Below the pieces are notes generated by a model. The model saw only the letters and a list, made by a program, of their open reading frames with translations, was not told the DNA's origin and made no database searches. A DNA stretch of 64,000 nt from Camelus ferus (lineage: Eukaryota). Made by a program: the position numbers and the translations under genes. Below, in pieces: positions 27,501 through 41,650 of this stretch. Location: NCBI RefSeq assembly GCF_009834535.1, contig NC_045696.1, positions 79,238,001-79,302,000 on the forward strand. The letters are read 5' to 3'. Within the stretch, counting starts at the first letter, position 1, and each line of letters begins with the position of its first letter.

Positions 27501-29977
27501 AAATAAAGTAGATTTCACCTAGGATTTCTGACTTTGCCAAAACAGCTGCTACTGACTGTACTAAAATCAAAAGATACTCTCAGAGACTAACAGCAGTTCA
27601 GGGCCAGTAAAACTATAAATATTCAGAAAGCATGTTTATATTTTCTGTTATTTGCAATGTTTTAAAGCTTTGCTAAGCATCTAGGTCTCTGAAAAAAGTT
27701 GGAAAGTAAAAGAGAAATACTACAGTGATGATTATTTTTCTTCTAAAATTTTTATGGTAAGAAAGTATTTATGTTTTTCACGTTAAAGCATAATAAACTT
27801 GGAATCTGAGTAGATAACCTTGATTTTAAATTTTAGTAACTATTTTCTTTTTCTGATAAACCAACATTTTAAGCCAATATAGCAAGTATCAATAGTTCTT
27901 GAGCAGTTAATGGGGATTTATTTTTGCCTGACAATCAAGAGTTTGGAATCACAATTCCCTTTAATGGTTCTAGTGAATAATTTTTAGTCACATAACTCTT
28001 TGAACATGTTTACTGGCTTATTTTTTTCTTAAAGGACTCATGAAATTTTTTATTGTCCTTAATTTGGTAGTTTGGGGGCTTTAATAGTTTTTAAATTATG
28101 TGGTATTGCCTTAATTAAATCTTTCTATAAAGATATTTCAAGATTTTTTTCTTCCCCCTACTCATTGGATGAACCTCAAATGAGTAGGGAGGGTCAGCAA
28201 AAGTATATGGAAGTGTTGGATGAATTTGTGCTTGTTAAACTGGACTTAACATGATCAAAAGTATAATTTTTAGTTAAAAAACACAAAAATCTACAAGATC
28301 AATTTTTTAAAAAGCTCTATGTAGGATGTAAAATTGCATTTGAATATTGAAATATTAAGTTTTTCCCAGCACAATTTGAATAAACTTTAAGTCTCTTAAA
28401 TTCCCAAAATAAATTGGTAGAAATCTAGGATGTTGCTTTGACCCATTTTTGTCACTTCAGATTAGTCTTTTTGAAACTATGGAAACAGCCTACAAAATAT
28501 GCAGCTCTTTTGATTATTATAAAATACAAATGAGAAGTGATAACATTGTGTTTGGCTTAAAACTGGCATAAGAAGAATGGAAACAACACAAATGAGAATT
28601 ACAAGTAAAGAATAGTGCTCCACTGAGAAGCTTTGGGTTAGTTTAAGCGAATGAGGGGCACGCCGCAGCCAAGGTCTCAGGTAGCCTCTGACTGCAGTGG
28701 TTGAGAGAAAACCAGAAATCAGGTAAAGCGATGGGCTATCAGGAAAAAATGGAGAACTTCATGTAAATGACCAAATAACTAGACTTCTGACTGAAATAAA
28801 CAAAGTAGTTTATCAAGTAGTTTTTATTTGTTGCTTTTTCCAGTAATGTTGATTTAAGATTTGGAACAAATTAAATGTGAAAATTGGCCTTGACTTTCAT
28901 TCATCTTCACATCTACAAAATAGTTGTCAAATGAATTGAGTAGAAGATGCTCAGATTTTTCTATGAAGGTTTTTGCTTTTATTTTTGTTTTTAATCCTGG
29001 AGGATATTTAAATTTATCTTTCCTGTCTTCTAAACAATTATCCAAAATAACAACACAGAGGAATAGAGGGAATTTGAGTTGACTGTTTTGATATTCCACA
29101 CTTTTGAGCATTAAAAAACACTTACTGATTTGATAACTCTTATGACTAACTGGCTTAATACTTAATCTGAATACTACCTGCCAATTTAAAAAGGTGTTTA
29201 GGACATTTTCAATGGCTATTTTAAAATGCTAAATGTATTTCAAATAGGTCTATGAAATATATTCACAATTACAGGGCTTAGCTCACTAGGGTTGTTCAGA
29301 GGTATCATTTGTAAACATGTAATTGTCTTATTTGATGATGTTTTGCCAAAAAAAAAGAAGCATATTAAATCAACCATCAAAATATTTTTTAAACAGGAAA
29401 ATGATGTATATTAACTGTTTGAGTACTCTGGGAAATTGTGGAGTTTACAAAGCTACACACTAAGAAGCCCTTGATACCTAGGCATTATTTAGATAACAAA
29501 TGTCTGAGAGTCAAGAATTTTCAGAGGGTTCAACAAACCCCAAAGTCCCCAAATGGAAGCACTCTTCTTAGAGCGCTGGGAACAATAACACATGTCCTCA
29601 CGTCAATAAATGCCTTTGATGTTTTGATAGTTTAGATTTCCAACAGTACTTTTTTTTAAATCATTTTTAAATGATTTTTTAAAATTTGCATTTTGACATT
29701 GTAAGTTTATTTTTAGCGATTTAGCATTCAAAATTATAACTTTGGGCAACTCTAAGGATTTATTTCAAATATTAACTTGAATATTGTATTTAATCTTAAA
29801 TCCATCAGTGTGGTTCATGGTAAACGAACTTTTAATCAACTGTCATAATTTTCATTTAATCAAAATCATTCTTAAATGTTATAAAAAATACTAACAGCCA
29901 GTATAATTATCGAGCTTTCCATACTTCACCTCTACAATTTAATTTTCTACTGTGAAGTAGTTTATTTACGATACAAA

Positions 29978-30095
29978 TTTTTTTTTAATTGAAGTTTACT
30001 TGATTTACAATGTTGTTAGTTCCCAGTGAATAGCATAGTGACTCAGTTCTATATATATATATAATATATATACACACACACACATATATATATCT
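29978..30095 (-). mobile_element. Short L1 3' tail with (TA)n/(CA)n microsatellite
   Basis: ttttttttaattgaagtttacttgatttacaatgttgttagtt...agcatagtgactcagtt. Confidence 0.75.
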
Positions 30096-31252
30096 TAATG
30101 AAAACAATTTAAATTGTTTGGTGAGGAAGCTTTCAGTCATAGCTGTAGCCCATGGATCTAGCACTTCTGTTGGTCTGCTTGTGTATTATTTTATTTCAGA
30201 AAATTTTTCATACCATATTATTAATATCTTTATGAAATTTAATTTCTAGGGTTCTGGAAATTATTTTAAACATGAGATTACATTAGTCATCTACATAAGA
30301 ATCATAATGAGGGTAGCATTAAAAAAAAAAAAAAACCAAAAAAACTATTGGAACCAAAATGAACTGAAAGAATCAATGGGCCTCTCTAGACACTCCATTT
30401 AATACCAGGTAAAGGTATATAATGGAATGAGAAACGTCAAATCGATCTAGTGAGTACTTACATTTACAGGGTGTATCAGAATTGTATGTCAAAAGAAAGT
30501 TGGAAAGAAAAAAATTTTTGATATTAGTACAATAGGAAATACATTATTACTTATAGGTGGCAACAGTTTAAAATCCAGTATATTTTCATTTGCCAATCTC
30601 AAAATTACGTGCCTTTGAAATTAAAGGATATCCATCTAATCTTCTCAGAGTATTTAAATGTTTGCACAGTGTTTACTACAGTCATCTAAATAGCTGCAAT
30701 GCCTTTCGTATCTATATCTATACAATTTCATTTATTTACATGATACTTAAGCAAATCAACAGAAAACAGTATTTTTAAAATCTAAATTATATTGCTCAAG
30801 AAACACTTTATATCAGCTTTTACCTTGTCCTTCATTTTATTGGTGAGGGGTTCTTTTTAAACAAATATCAAATGTAAAAATGAAACATATTTTCATATTG
30901 GGTAAAATATTTACAAAGATTAGAAAACATGCAAAATGGGTACAAAGAGACTACGGTGGGGGGATTGTTAGTTCAAAGAATACGGACAAATTTCAGTCAA
31001 AACGTGGGATGAAACGTATCAAAAGTCAGTTCAAGAAAACAAAAAAAAGCCCCTCTTTTTAAAACGTTGTAATGGTTGGCATCAAAAGCAAAACTTAACA
31101 TTCATTGTTTTAAAAATTAAAAATGTATATTTATATGTAACAACAAGCAAGAAGACAAAACACATCAAAAACGGGAATTAAAAACAACTTTTCAAAAAAA
31201 GACAAGAAGTAAAAAAATAGAAAGGGGTGGAAAAAGTGATTGAGGCCCTTGT

Positions 31253-31258
31253 CATGCA
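31253..31258 (-). promoter_or_regulatory. RBFOX-type UGCAUG intronic element downstream of exon A2
   Basis: Plus-strand catgca = TGCATG on the transcript strand at intron positions +24 to +29; function inferred. Confidence 0.6.
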
Positions 31259-31281
31259 AACAGATTTGGTGGAAAAAATAC

Positions 31282-31341
31282 CTTCATCTTCAGCACCGTC
31301 ATTATCACCTAAATCATCTGTCTGTTTCTTTGTAAGGGGAC
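31282..31341 (-). CDS. NLGN1: NLGN1 alternative exon, splice site A insert A2: GPLTKKQTDDLGDNDGAEDE (20 aa)
   Basis: Long pyrimidine tract ending CAATCCTAG| (AG 31343-31342), 60 nt, donor GAAG|GTATTT (GT 31281-31280), phase 1-1, splices in frame to the 153-nt exon (G|AT = Asp). Peptide matches the known acidic A2 insert. Confidence 0.95.
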
Positions 31342-34300
31342 CTAGGATTGAGAACGGAGAAATGGAGGGGGAAAAAAAAGACAATTCAAGAATAAACAAG
31401 ACTGAGGGGAAAAAAATAAATGTAAATACTAAAATTCTCATGGGTTATTTCCAAAAAGAGTGGGGAAGTGCTTACATCAAAGTTGATTATCTGATTTGTT
31501 TAAGGAAAAAAAAAATCCCTTTTCCCAAAATATCTCATAGAAGATTTGGTTTGTGAGTATATCCAGCATAAAAAATACATTATGATTTGAAGCTCAAGCC
31601 ATAAGCAAAGGAAATGATTTTTTTAAAATACCCACTGCATACAAAAAGCAAACAGTTTTATTAGCTGAAAGAACTTAATTTATTCAGCGTCCTTTCTAAT
31701 TTGAATTGGTGACAGCAATAAAGAAAGTAGGCCAAACTCATTCTTTAATTTGGGACAATATAATAGCATTAGGGAAAATAGAGATATGAACATTTTTAGT
31801 TTTTTTTTTTCTTTTCTTTTTTTAAACAACATTAACACCTGGGTTTTGCACATTTTTATATCATACATTTTTCAAAACTGTGACTTTAAAATTACTTGTC
31901 ATTATACAAATGTTTCCCCATGTGTTTTTATTAAATACTAGCTATGTATTTAAGACATCTGCAACCTGCACAGATGTATGAACAGATAATCTTATCACCT
32001 GGTAGGGCAAAGGTACCATTGGTAGAAGTCAGTGTTTGGCAATTAAGGCAGTTACAGAGTCAGGGCTTACATTTTATAATCAATTTAGAAATATAATAGA
32101 ATTAGGCCCTAGTGCAATTTCATGCCCAGTATGGTTATTTATAATGGGATCATGTTTTAGGATAATAATTGTATTAAAATAGTGTGAATGTTTAATAAAT
32201 GTTTTATTATACTTAACAATACTAATTTGCTAGAATAAAGGGGCACACCAAAGGGGAAGTCAAAGGCCATATGAAAGTAATTTTAAGCGTCACATAATTG
32301 ACATATTAAGCACACAAAAATGCAATTGAAGCCCTACATTTCTTTTTGTTTCCACAACCATTTAATTTGTATGGCATTTCATAATCCTCATGCAAAAAAC
32401 AATCATTACAAACACAGGTCACTTAAGTTAAAAGACAGCCAGCCACATAACAGTAAGCAAGAGAATTCTGTCATGCATAAAATAACACTCATAGAAAAAG
32501 GAAGAAAAAAAGGAGGACTGAAAGTCACATGTCGCTTTCAATAATACAAATAGCAAAGAAGCAGGCATTAACTCTAAGCACACTTCATAGGGAAGGATTG
32601 TTAAACATTCTGAGAGATTTCCAAGGCTTTTCAGCGATTACTATGCATTCTGTTTTTAATTCAAAACTACACCTAATACCACAGAACTCAAAGAATAAAA
32701 AACACCATCCCAGAAAACAGAAGGAAAAAATGAGATATAGTGCAGTTATGTTTCATCAACTCAGAGAGATAGCCTTGAAAAATAATAATAACTAGCAAAG
32801 ATCAAAAAATTGGCAATGGAGAAATTGATGATGTAATTTAAGGGACCCATTGACTACTCAACTGTAAGATCATGGTTTCAAGACCATTTCAAATACAGAC
32901 GGAGGAGCTGGACACAGTAAATTAAATGATATATTTTACAATCCTCAAGCAATCATTCCATTAAGAAAAAAACTTAGATGAAAGCAATAGTTTAAGTTAA
33001 TTAGCACTCAGTTACAAGCTCACAAAAATCTACATTTCTTTAGTATGACCCCGTTTAAATGCAGAAAGTACCCTCAGTATTATTTGATGTTCGTACAATG
33101 ATGTTGCTCCATTTCTGAAATAGAAATATTTTTATTTTAAATTTAAATACTGCTATACCAGAACTGTATTTGAGATATTGCCAACTTTAAGTCATCATGT
33201 AAAATATTAGAAAATTTTCAAGCTTTTCATTTTTCTATAATTACCTAAAGTAGTCAACAAATAAACCTCAACAAACATATTTTCTTGCATTTCTATTTTC
33301 AATGATTCTGTGTAGAAATTATGGTTTTATTTGCTGGTTAACGACATGGATTAAATGCAGTGGTAGTTATTTATTGCTGACAAAACCACACCTGTTTTCC
33401 AATTTTAGTTAAATTACTTAATTTGTTTAACTCGGCTATATTAAGAAACCCCTAAAGTGAGCTCAAATTTTTTTTTTCTGAATCCTCAGTTCAATAATTT
33501 TTGGAGACAAATGTAAAACCTACTACAATTAAATTAAATGTGGGGCTTTATAAGATATCTCTCTTGGATGATTAACATGACTCTTTCCCCCACTAGGGTA
33601 CCCAAGGCAAGTTACATGACTTCTTTGGGAAATAGTTCAGGTTCTACAGCCAAGAGACAATAGCTTTACCTACTTTACACTCATTCAGAATTGGTAGCTC
33701 TTGGTCTACATGAGCTGTAACAGTAAAAGAATGTTTTATTAAAACACGATCTCCCACTTATTTGCATGTGGGACTTAATTCTCAGTTGCTATTTGACTCT
33801 GGGTCTGCATAAGTGGATAAGCCATGGAAATGATACTGCGTACTTGAGAGAAATTTTCCATGAAGGCAATGGGTTAACTAGTTTTTTACTACTTTATTTA
33901 TTCTCATCTTCCCTACTCAGGAAGCTGCATGCCTCTTAACTGATGTGGGGTAATGATCACATGCATACACTACATGGAACATGTCCTAATGTAGCAAATC
34001 TGAAGAGTCAGAAGCAGCTACAGATATTGCTTCAGCATCATAAATAGATGAGGACATCATTTTTCTATAGAAGGATTAAGTCACTCTTCCAAATAAAGAA
34101 TTTCACTTATTGATACTATTCAGTAGGTTTTATTTAAAACCTTATTATTGGACGATCTTAAATTGTTCCCACAGTATGAGTTCTGGCAGTATTTTAGTGA
34201 GTCAAGCATAGCTGGGTTTTCTTAACATCAAGAATTGTTTTAGAAATCTGATTTTTTGAAGGTTACCTAGGAAGAAGAGGGATGATAATGGTTTTTCTGC

Positions 34301-37169
34301 AAAAAAATAAAAAAGATTATAAAAAGAAGGAAAACAGATTTCTTTTATCTTGTGTGCCTAAAGGCACTGAGAATAAATATCTGAAAGGTTTTGGGTTGCA
34401 AATTGACTAACTCAACATTGGTTTTTCAGAGGAAGCCTCAGCAGGGCGAACATATGCTTGTGGATTACAGAAACAGATCCTACAGGCTCTTCGGATTCCT
34501 TATTCCCCAGATGGGAAGAAAACCCATTGCCTTGATCTCCCTTCTTCTTTGGATATTAACAACTTTGGCTTTTTTAAATTATATTTTAATCTGTTACTAT
34601 CGATGCAATTACTGATGTGAAAAATTTTTAATAGAAATAAAACATTGAAAGAGGTAACTGCCATTACGTTTCTTATGAAAAGCAGGCAACCACATTTTAG
34701 AGACTATGTATTCCTGCAAGTTGATCAACATGACTTCCCCAAAGGGGAAAACACTTACCCTTAGACATAAATAACAATCATTATCAACATTCCAAGCACA
34801 GCTTATGCTTCTTTTAAACTACAAATAGTGCATCTTCAGTACCAGCAGTTTAAATGGGTCTCTTAAATCACCAAAACATAAAGCAAATGAGTCCTCTAAG
34901 ACCTCAGTGCAGAAGTGATTTACTCTGTCTCGAAACTCTGTAGGGTCTGTCCTCCTTGAGGAACTCACACATAACTCTTATCAGAGTTAATAAGAAAGCA
35001 GACCTCGTGTCTTTTTGAAAGGGAGTGAGAGTAATTACTATACTTTATATCTCCCATAGGCAATAAATAGTCAGTGATGAAACAACAGGACTAAGAAAGG
35101 TGCAAAGGTACTCCTAACCATGAACTTTGAACTCATTTAAACCCAAAATACTTCCTTTGCCATTAACATAAATATAACTCAAAGTATCAGCCTATACAAA
35201 GGATGTATAATGCATTCTAACATTTTAGAATCTTAAAAAAAAAATCAATCTGACCACAGTGCCTTTTATTTTTTAAGAAAGGAATAAAAATATCAGCATT
35301 TCCCTGTAGTTAACTGGAGAATAATTATAAGCTCTGAAATAATTACTATCTACCCACATTAACGTGGCTTTTTATCATTCCCTTTGATGAAGGTCTAATA
35401 CACTTTAGGTCTCAAATACATTAGAACTGATTATAAATTCCTTCATTACAGGTTCAATTCAGCAGAAATCATCTGTACTTTGTGTCACGCATATCTGCAA
35501 AAGGCAAATAGGTTGAGGTATCATTAGCTCCTGACTTAGAAAGGCCTCCATGAGAAATGTGTCCTTCTTAAGAGAATACGTCTTTGAAATTTTGGGGATT
35601 ATTTAGAGGTCCAGGCTCCAGTGAGTCCCACCGTGATAGATAGAGAGCCCTGGCTAATGACACTGCTGTGCTCTTTCCCCGCCCTCTTTACCTGACAGCC
35701 TTTGCAGTAAATGGACTCCGAAGGATTCCTAAGGCCATTTCCACAGAATGGGGAAATGCAAGCATGCTGCCACTGTTCTGGAGCGACTGGAAACAGGCTA
35801 AATTTTTCCAGGGATGTTCTTAGGAAAAATTTACTTTATAAAACTAGGATCAAGAATGTAAAACTCTATGTCTGATGAACATATAGAGGACAATGCCAGA
35901 ATTCGATACACTTTAAATAAAAATGGCAGTATATTATCATATCTAATTTTTTTCCAAATTAATAAACCTTAAAATACAATGACTTTAAGAAATCAGATAT
36001 CACAACAATTGGTGTCCACGCAAAGGTATTGAATTTTACCCACTGAAATTTAGTCGATTTTCTATAACTACAATATACACCTCGTGAAAATAGAGAAATG
36101 GGTAAAAGTAACTGATTTGGAATACTTCTCATTAATTTGATATTACTATATTATGTAACTAAAAGTTATCACAATTCTTAAACTGTCAATTACATGAACC
36201 TATATTTAAATATCATAGCTGAAAAATAATTTTCTTTCTTGAAAATTTTTTAATTAAGAAATTTTTGAGTAATGTCATAAATCTGCATTATGATAAAATA
36301 ATGCAAACGGCTATGACGAGATACTGAAAGTTTGGAACAATTAATGGTTTTCAAAGAATCCGTATCTGTGCAAATTTCGGTGGCATATTATGACATTCAC
36401 GATGTTTGAGTATCTTTTAGGCAAGCTGCCTGCTTAGGCTGGTGGCTCATATGTACACATGCTATGGAAGAGACTGGCTTCCAAGGGTATGAAAGCAGCA
36501 GGCATGCTCCATGCTTTATCTTTTTGTTGGAAGAAAACACCTACGTGAACACAAAACATTCCCTCAGACAGTTTTTCAGAGGAAGAGCACAGCTGAAAAC
36601 ATGACTTTTGGGAAAAAGAGAATCTGATGTTGAAGTCAGGAAAGAGGGAAGGAGAAATCTTTTTGAGTCCAATACACTGAGAAGAGCTCATTTATGTTTA
36701 TATGATAAAGTTTTTTTCTTCCTAAAATTACCTTGATTACCACACTTTGAAGTCAAAAACAATCCTGTCTAAAATAAAAATGATCAGATCTGGGGGAAAA
36801 AATGTTAAGTAGGTAAAAAGGAAGCAAAATAGGTTAACCCTAATCTAAGCATCACCAAATTTGCATAAGCTCATTATTTTTAATACTATATTTGTTTGAT
36901 TGTTTTAAAAAATGCAGATGCAGTATTTTTATAACTTGAAGAATGTCAGAAAAATGTTTCCTTCCCCTCTGGAACCACATGGCTGTATGCTGCATAAATC
37001 CTTTAGTACTTTGGAAAGATACACTTTCCACTGCCCTGGCTTTCCACGTATTAGCCAGAGATGCACCCGGAGTATGGTAAGGGCACAAGTGCCACCAGAT
37101 GCTCAGAACTCCCTTAGCCAGGCTGAAGGACTGAGATGGCATCAGTAGTCTAACCCTCATCGTGGCTGC

Positions 37170-37720
37170 CAGTGTTCAGTCATTCAACACACATATATTA
37201 TGCTAGGTCCTCGGGATACATGGTGAGCCAGTAAAGCAGGACCCTTGCAATCATGAAAATTAATTTTGTTGGAGAAAGAAACATTTAACAAATAATCACA
37301 CACATAAACACATAGAAATTGTGTTAGGGATTAAAAAGTCTTGATGCTACCAGAGGCTATACAAGGGAACCTGGCTGAACCTAGGCAGTCTTCATGGACT
37401 AAGTGCAAAGCGGTGCAAGGACTGAAGGATAAGTGAGTACTAAGCTGGAAGAGAGGCTGGGGGTGGGTAGGGAGGGTGGGAATAGGAGGCTGGCCAGAAA
37501 AAAATAGCACGTGAAAAGCGCTAAAATGGGAGGGAGCCTGAAGGTCAGTGTGGCTGGCACAGGGGAGAACAGAGAGTAGTGGGCGATGAGAACAGAGAAG
37601 CAGTCAGACATCATTCAGAGCATGCAGCTCCTCGAGCCTGGGGACTTTTGTCTTAATCCTAAAAGCAATAGCAAGCCATTTGAAAGGTTTAAGCGCAGAC
37701 TGATAAACTCTGCCCTATCT
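37170..37720 (-). mobile_element. L2 fragment
   Basis: ttcagtcattcaacacacat...tgctagg; aaaagcaatagcaagccatttgaaaggtttaagc. Confidence 0.6.
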
Positions 37721-37965
37721 GAATCTTAAACAGAAAATCAGAAAGAGGCAAAGTCACTAAGAAATATGGCAGAGAATATTTTATACAGAGGCCTTGCATT
37801 ATGTCTTCATCCGATGAGAATAGCTTTATGACAAGAAATTAGATCAGGAAAAAGAGCCTATAACATCTTATTCTATTTTTGTTTGCAAATAAAGTGAATG
37901 TCACCAAAAAGTAAAATCTAAGACTCCAGTATATCAGATTTTTATAAATATTTATAAATATTTAA

Positions 37966-38066
37966 AAGCATATGAAAAGGAATATATATATGTACCTGTA
38001 TGATTGAAACTTTATGTTGTACACCAGAAATTAACACAACATTGTAAACTGACTAGACTTCAATAA
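37966..38066 (+). mobile_element. Short L1 3' tail, similar to the one at 3705-3956
   Basis: gaaaaggaatatatatatg...tgtacaccagaaattaacacaacattgtaaactgactagacttcaataa. Confidence 0.8.
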
Positions 38067-38159
38067 CATTTTGTTCTATTAAACACATATTTAGATTTAT
38101 TTTGCCTAAGAATTAACATACTGAGAATTAAAATATCCTAACTGTTCTTATATTCATAG

Positions 38160-38530
38160 AAAAATATAGTCCACAAGATCTTTCTGCTTGGATAGCTCAC
38201 TTCCTTCTTAGTACAACAGAGATGCTCAGCATGTCCACCTCAAGCCAGTTTTACCTCCCAACCTAGGTTTTGCTTTCAGAGGTCTAACCATTCCCTCTGT
38301 TTCTAAACTGTAAATCTGGAAATAATCTTTAACTGTTCTGTCTTCCTCCCTTTCATCTTAGCCAGATTTTATCAATTTTCCAAGATAAATTTCCCTCCTC
38401 TCACCCTTTCCCCGAAGTGTTTTGTCTGTGGCCACCATTAGTACATGCCTGAATTATTACAGTAGCCTCGTGGTTGCTCCCATTGTCACCCAGACTCTAG
38501 ACTGTCTTCCAAGCAGTCTCCCGTATCCTG
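38160..38530 (+). mobile_element. L2 fragment
   Basis: tgcttggatagctcac...cagcatgtcca; gccaccattagtacatgcctgaattattacagtagcctc. Confidence 0.5.
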
Positions 38531-39024
38531 TAAGTTTTGAAGTAGTAGATAATGATAGTGATGAATTCAAACAGAAAAAGATTTAATAGTTATCATCAGC
38601 TAAAATGTATGCACATTCAAGTCCTTCTAAGACTAAAACTGCAAGCACTCCATGGGAACAGAAATGCAAAAACATATACAACAATCTTGTACTGTGAGTC
38701 TTAAAATAGCTATAACAAGACAGATGAAAACTAAATATAGTTTAACACTCATTTTGAGGTTTTAGAAATTCATGCAAAATAAGATTTTTTATTCAAAATG
38801 GAAACAAATCATGTAAAATATTTTTCTAAAATGCAGTCCAAATTAGTGTTCATCAAACACCACTTTCATTGTTTCACTACTCTGTTTAAAAGTCTTTACT
38901 ATCTCTTTATTCCTTGTTATCTTAGACTAAATGCCCCAGACTGACTATAAGACCCTCCTTATTCTTTCTAGATTTTATCTTTTCATTCCACTGCTTTCCA
39001 AAATACATCATTTCTGAATTCTAG

Positions 39025-41650
39025 CATTTAAAGAAGAGCTATACCAGTCCTTTGTAAACTCTTCCCCCCCACCAAAAAAAAAAAAAACCAGAACAGGAGG
39101 GAATGCTTCAAGATCCATGTTACAAGGCCAGCATTATTCTCAATACCAAAGCCAGACAAACACACTACAGGAAAAGAAAATTACAGGTAATATCCCTGAT
39201 GAACATAAATGCAAAATCCTCAACAAAATGTTAGTAAACCAAATTCAACAATACATTAAGAGAATCATACATTATGATTGAATGGGATTTATTCCAAGGT
39301 TTCAAGGGTGGTTCAACATTTACACATCAATGTGACAGCACCACATTAACAAAATGAGGGATAAAAATCATAGGAACATCTCCAGAAATACAGAAAAAGC
39401 ATTTGGAAAAAATCAACATCTTTTCATAATTAAAAAAAGAAACTTTCAACAAATTGTGTATAGAGGGAAGGTATCTCAACCCAGTAACGGTGATATATGA
39501 CAAGTGTGCAGATAACATCATACCCAATGATGAAGTGCTGCAAGCTTTTCCTCTGTGACCAGAAACCAGACAAGGATGCCCACTCTCACCACTTTTACTC
39601 TACATAGTACTGGAAGTCCTATCCAAAACAACTAGGCAAGGAAAAGAAATACAGGTTTCCATCAGATAGAAAGAAGTAAAATTGTCTCTATTGGCAGATA
39701 ATCTGATATTATATACAGAAAACTTTAAGATTCCAAAAACCTACTAAAACTAACAAACTATTTCAGTAAGTTTGCAGGATACAGTATCAATATACAAAAA
39801 ATCAGCTGTGTTTCTATAACAATAAAATATCAGCAAGAAAATTTATGAAAACAATCTCATTTATAATACCATCAAAAAGATTAAAATTCTTAAGAATAGC
39901 TTTAACCAAGGAGGCAAAATATCTGCACACTGAAAATTATGGCATTGCTGAAATTAAAGAGGACACAGATAAATGGAAAGGTATTCCATGTCCATAAATT
40001 AAAAGAAGTAATATTATTAAAATGCCCATACTACCCAAAGTGATCTACAGTTTCAGTGCAATCCCTATCAAAATTCCAGTGACATTTTTCACAGAAATAA
40101 AATAAACAATCCTAAAATTTGTACGGAACTCTAAAGATCCCAAATAGCCCAAACAATTTTAAGAAGAACAAAGCTGGAAGCATCGCGGTTCCTGATTTCA
40201 AACTATATTGCAAAGCTACAGTGATCAAACCAGTATGGTATTTGGTATTAAAAACAGACACATATCTCAATAGACCGGAATAAAGTCTCCAGAAATAAAC
40301 CCATGCATATATGGTCAATTCATTTTCAACAAAGGAGCCAAGAATATACAGTGGGGAAAGGAGAGTTTCTTCAATAAATGGTGTTGGGAAAACTGGACAG
40401 TCATGTGCAGAAGAATGAAACTGGACTCCATCTTACACCATACACAAAAGCAACTCGAAATATTAAAGACTTGAACATTAAACATGAAACATTAAAACTC
40501 CTAGAAGAAAACATAGGGGGTGAGTTCTTTAACATTGGTCTAAGGAATTATTTTTTAGATTTGATGCCAAAAGCAAGACAACAAAAGCAAAAATAAACAA
40601 GTGGCACTACATCAAACTGTAAAACTGTGCAGAAAAAAAAAGAAACCATCAACAAAATCAAAAGGCATCCTATAGAATGAGAGAAAACGTTTGCAAACCA
40701 CATATCCAATAAAGGGTTAATATCTTAAAATATATAAAGCACTCATTCAACTCAGTAGAAAAAAAACAAAAAAACACAATAAAAAATTCAGGACCTGAAT
40801 AGACATTTTTCCAAAGAAGACCTACAAATGATAACCAGGTACAGGGAAAGGTGTTCAGCATCACTAATCATCAGGGAAATGCAAATCAAAACTATAATGA
40901 GATATCATTTCACATCTCTTAGGATATCTCTTATCAAAAAGACAAGAGCTAACACATGCTGGTGAGGATGTAGATGAAAAACCCTGTACACTGTTGGTGG
41001 GAATGTAAACTGGTACAGCCACTATGGAAACAGTACAGAGGTTTCTCAAGTAGTTAAAAATAGAAATACCACATGATTCAGCAATCCCACTTCTGAGTAT
41101 ATAACCAAAGGAAATGAAATCATTATCTCAAAGAGATATCTGTACTCCCATGTTCATAGCAGCATTTATCACAATAGCTAAAGTATGGAAACAACCTAAG
41201 TGTCCACAGTACATTAATACATAAAGAAAATGTAGTGTGTATATACACAATAGAATATTATTCAGCCTTAGGAAAGAAGGAAGTACTCTTATTTACAGTA
41301 ACATGGATAAGCCTGGATGGCATTATGCTAAGTAAAATAAACCAGACAGAGAAAGACAAATAAACAAATACTGCATGGTATCAATTGATATGTGGAATCT
41401 TGAAAAAAAAAAGCCAAACTTATAGAACCAGTAGAAGAATAACTGGTATGTCTGGGAACTGGGGGAAGTAGGAAGTGGTTCGTAAAAGGGTAAAAACCTG
41501 CAGTCATAAGGTAGATAAGGTCTGAGGATCTAATACATTACATGGTGACTATAGTTGATAACACTGTATAACTGAAATTTGCTAAGAGAGTAGAACTTAA
41601 ATGTTCTTACCAAAAAATGGGAGGAAAAACAAAACAAAACAAAAAATAAT
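39025..41650 (+). mobile_element. 5'-truncated L1 (L1MA-like), decayed ORF2 RT to C-terminus plus 3' UTR
   Basis: aatatccctgatgaacataaatgcaaaatcctcaac, caaggatgcccactctcacc, ORF-track fragments such as [24 protein letters not shown]; 3' tgctaagagagtagaacttaaatgttcttacc and A-rich tail; many stops and frameshifts. Confidence 0.93.

Noticed and set aside
31289..31297. REST/RE1 left half-site TTCAGCACC within exon A2
   Set aside because: No GGACAG right half-site; explained by the codons for G-A-E.
31178..31556. 87-aa minus and 109-aa plus ORFs over exon A2
   Set aside because: The minus ORF is exon A2 plus pyrimidine-tract intron; the plus ORF is its low-complexity antisense shadow.
33072..33114. 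Possible 43-nt poison exon (TTTCTATTTCAG...GAGG|GTACTT, in-frame TAA)
   Set aside because: Weak donor and short pyrimidine tract; such pairs are common by chance.
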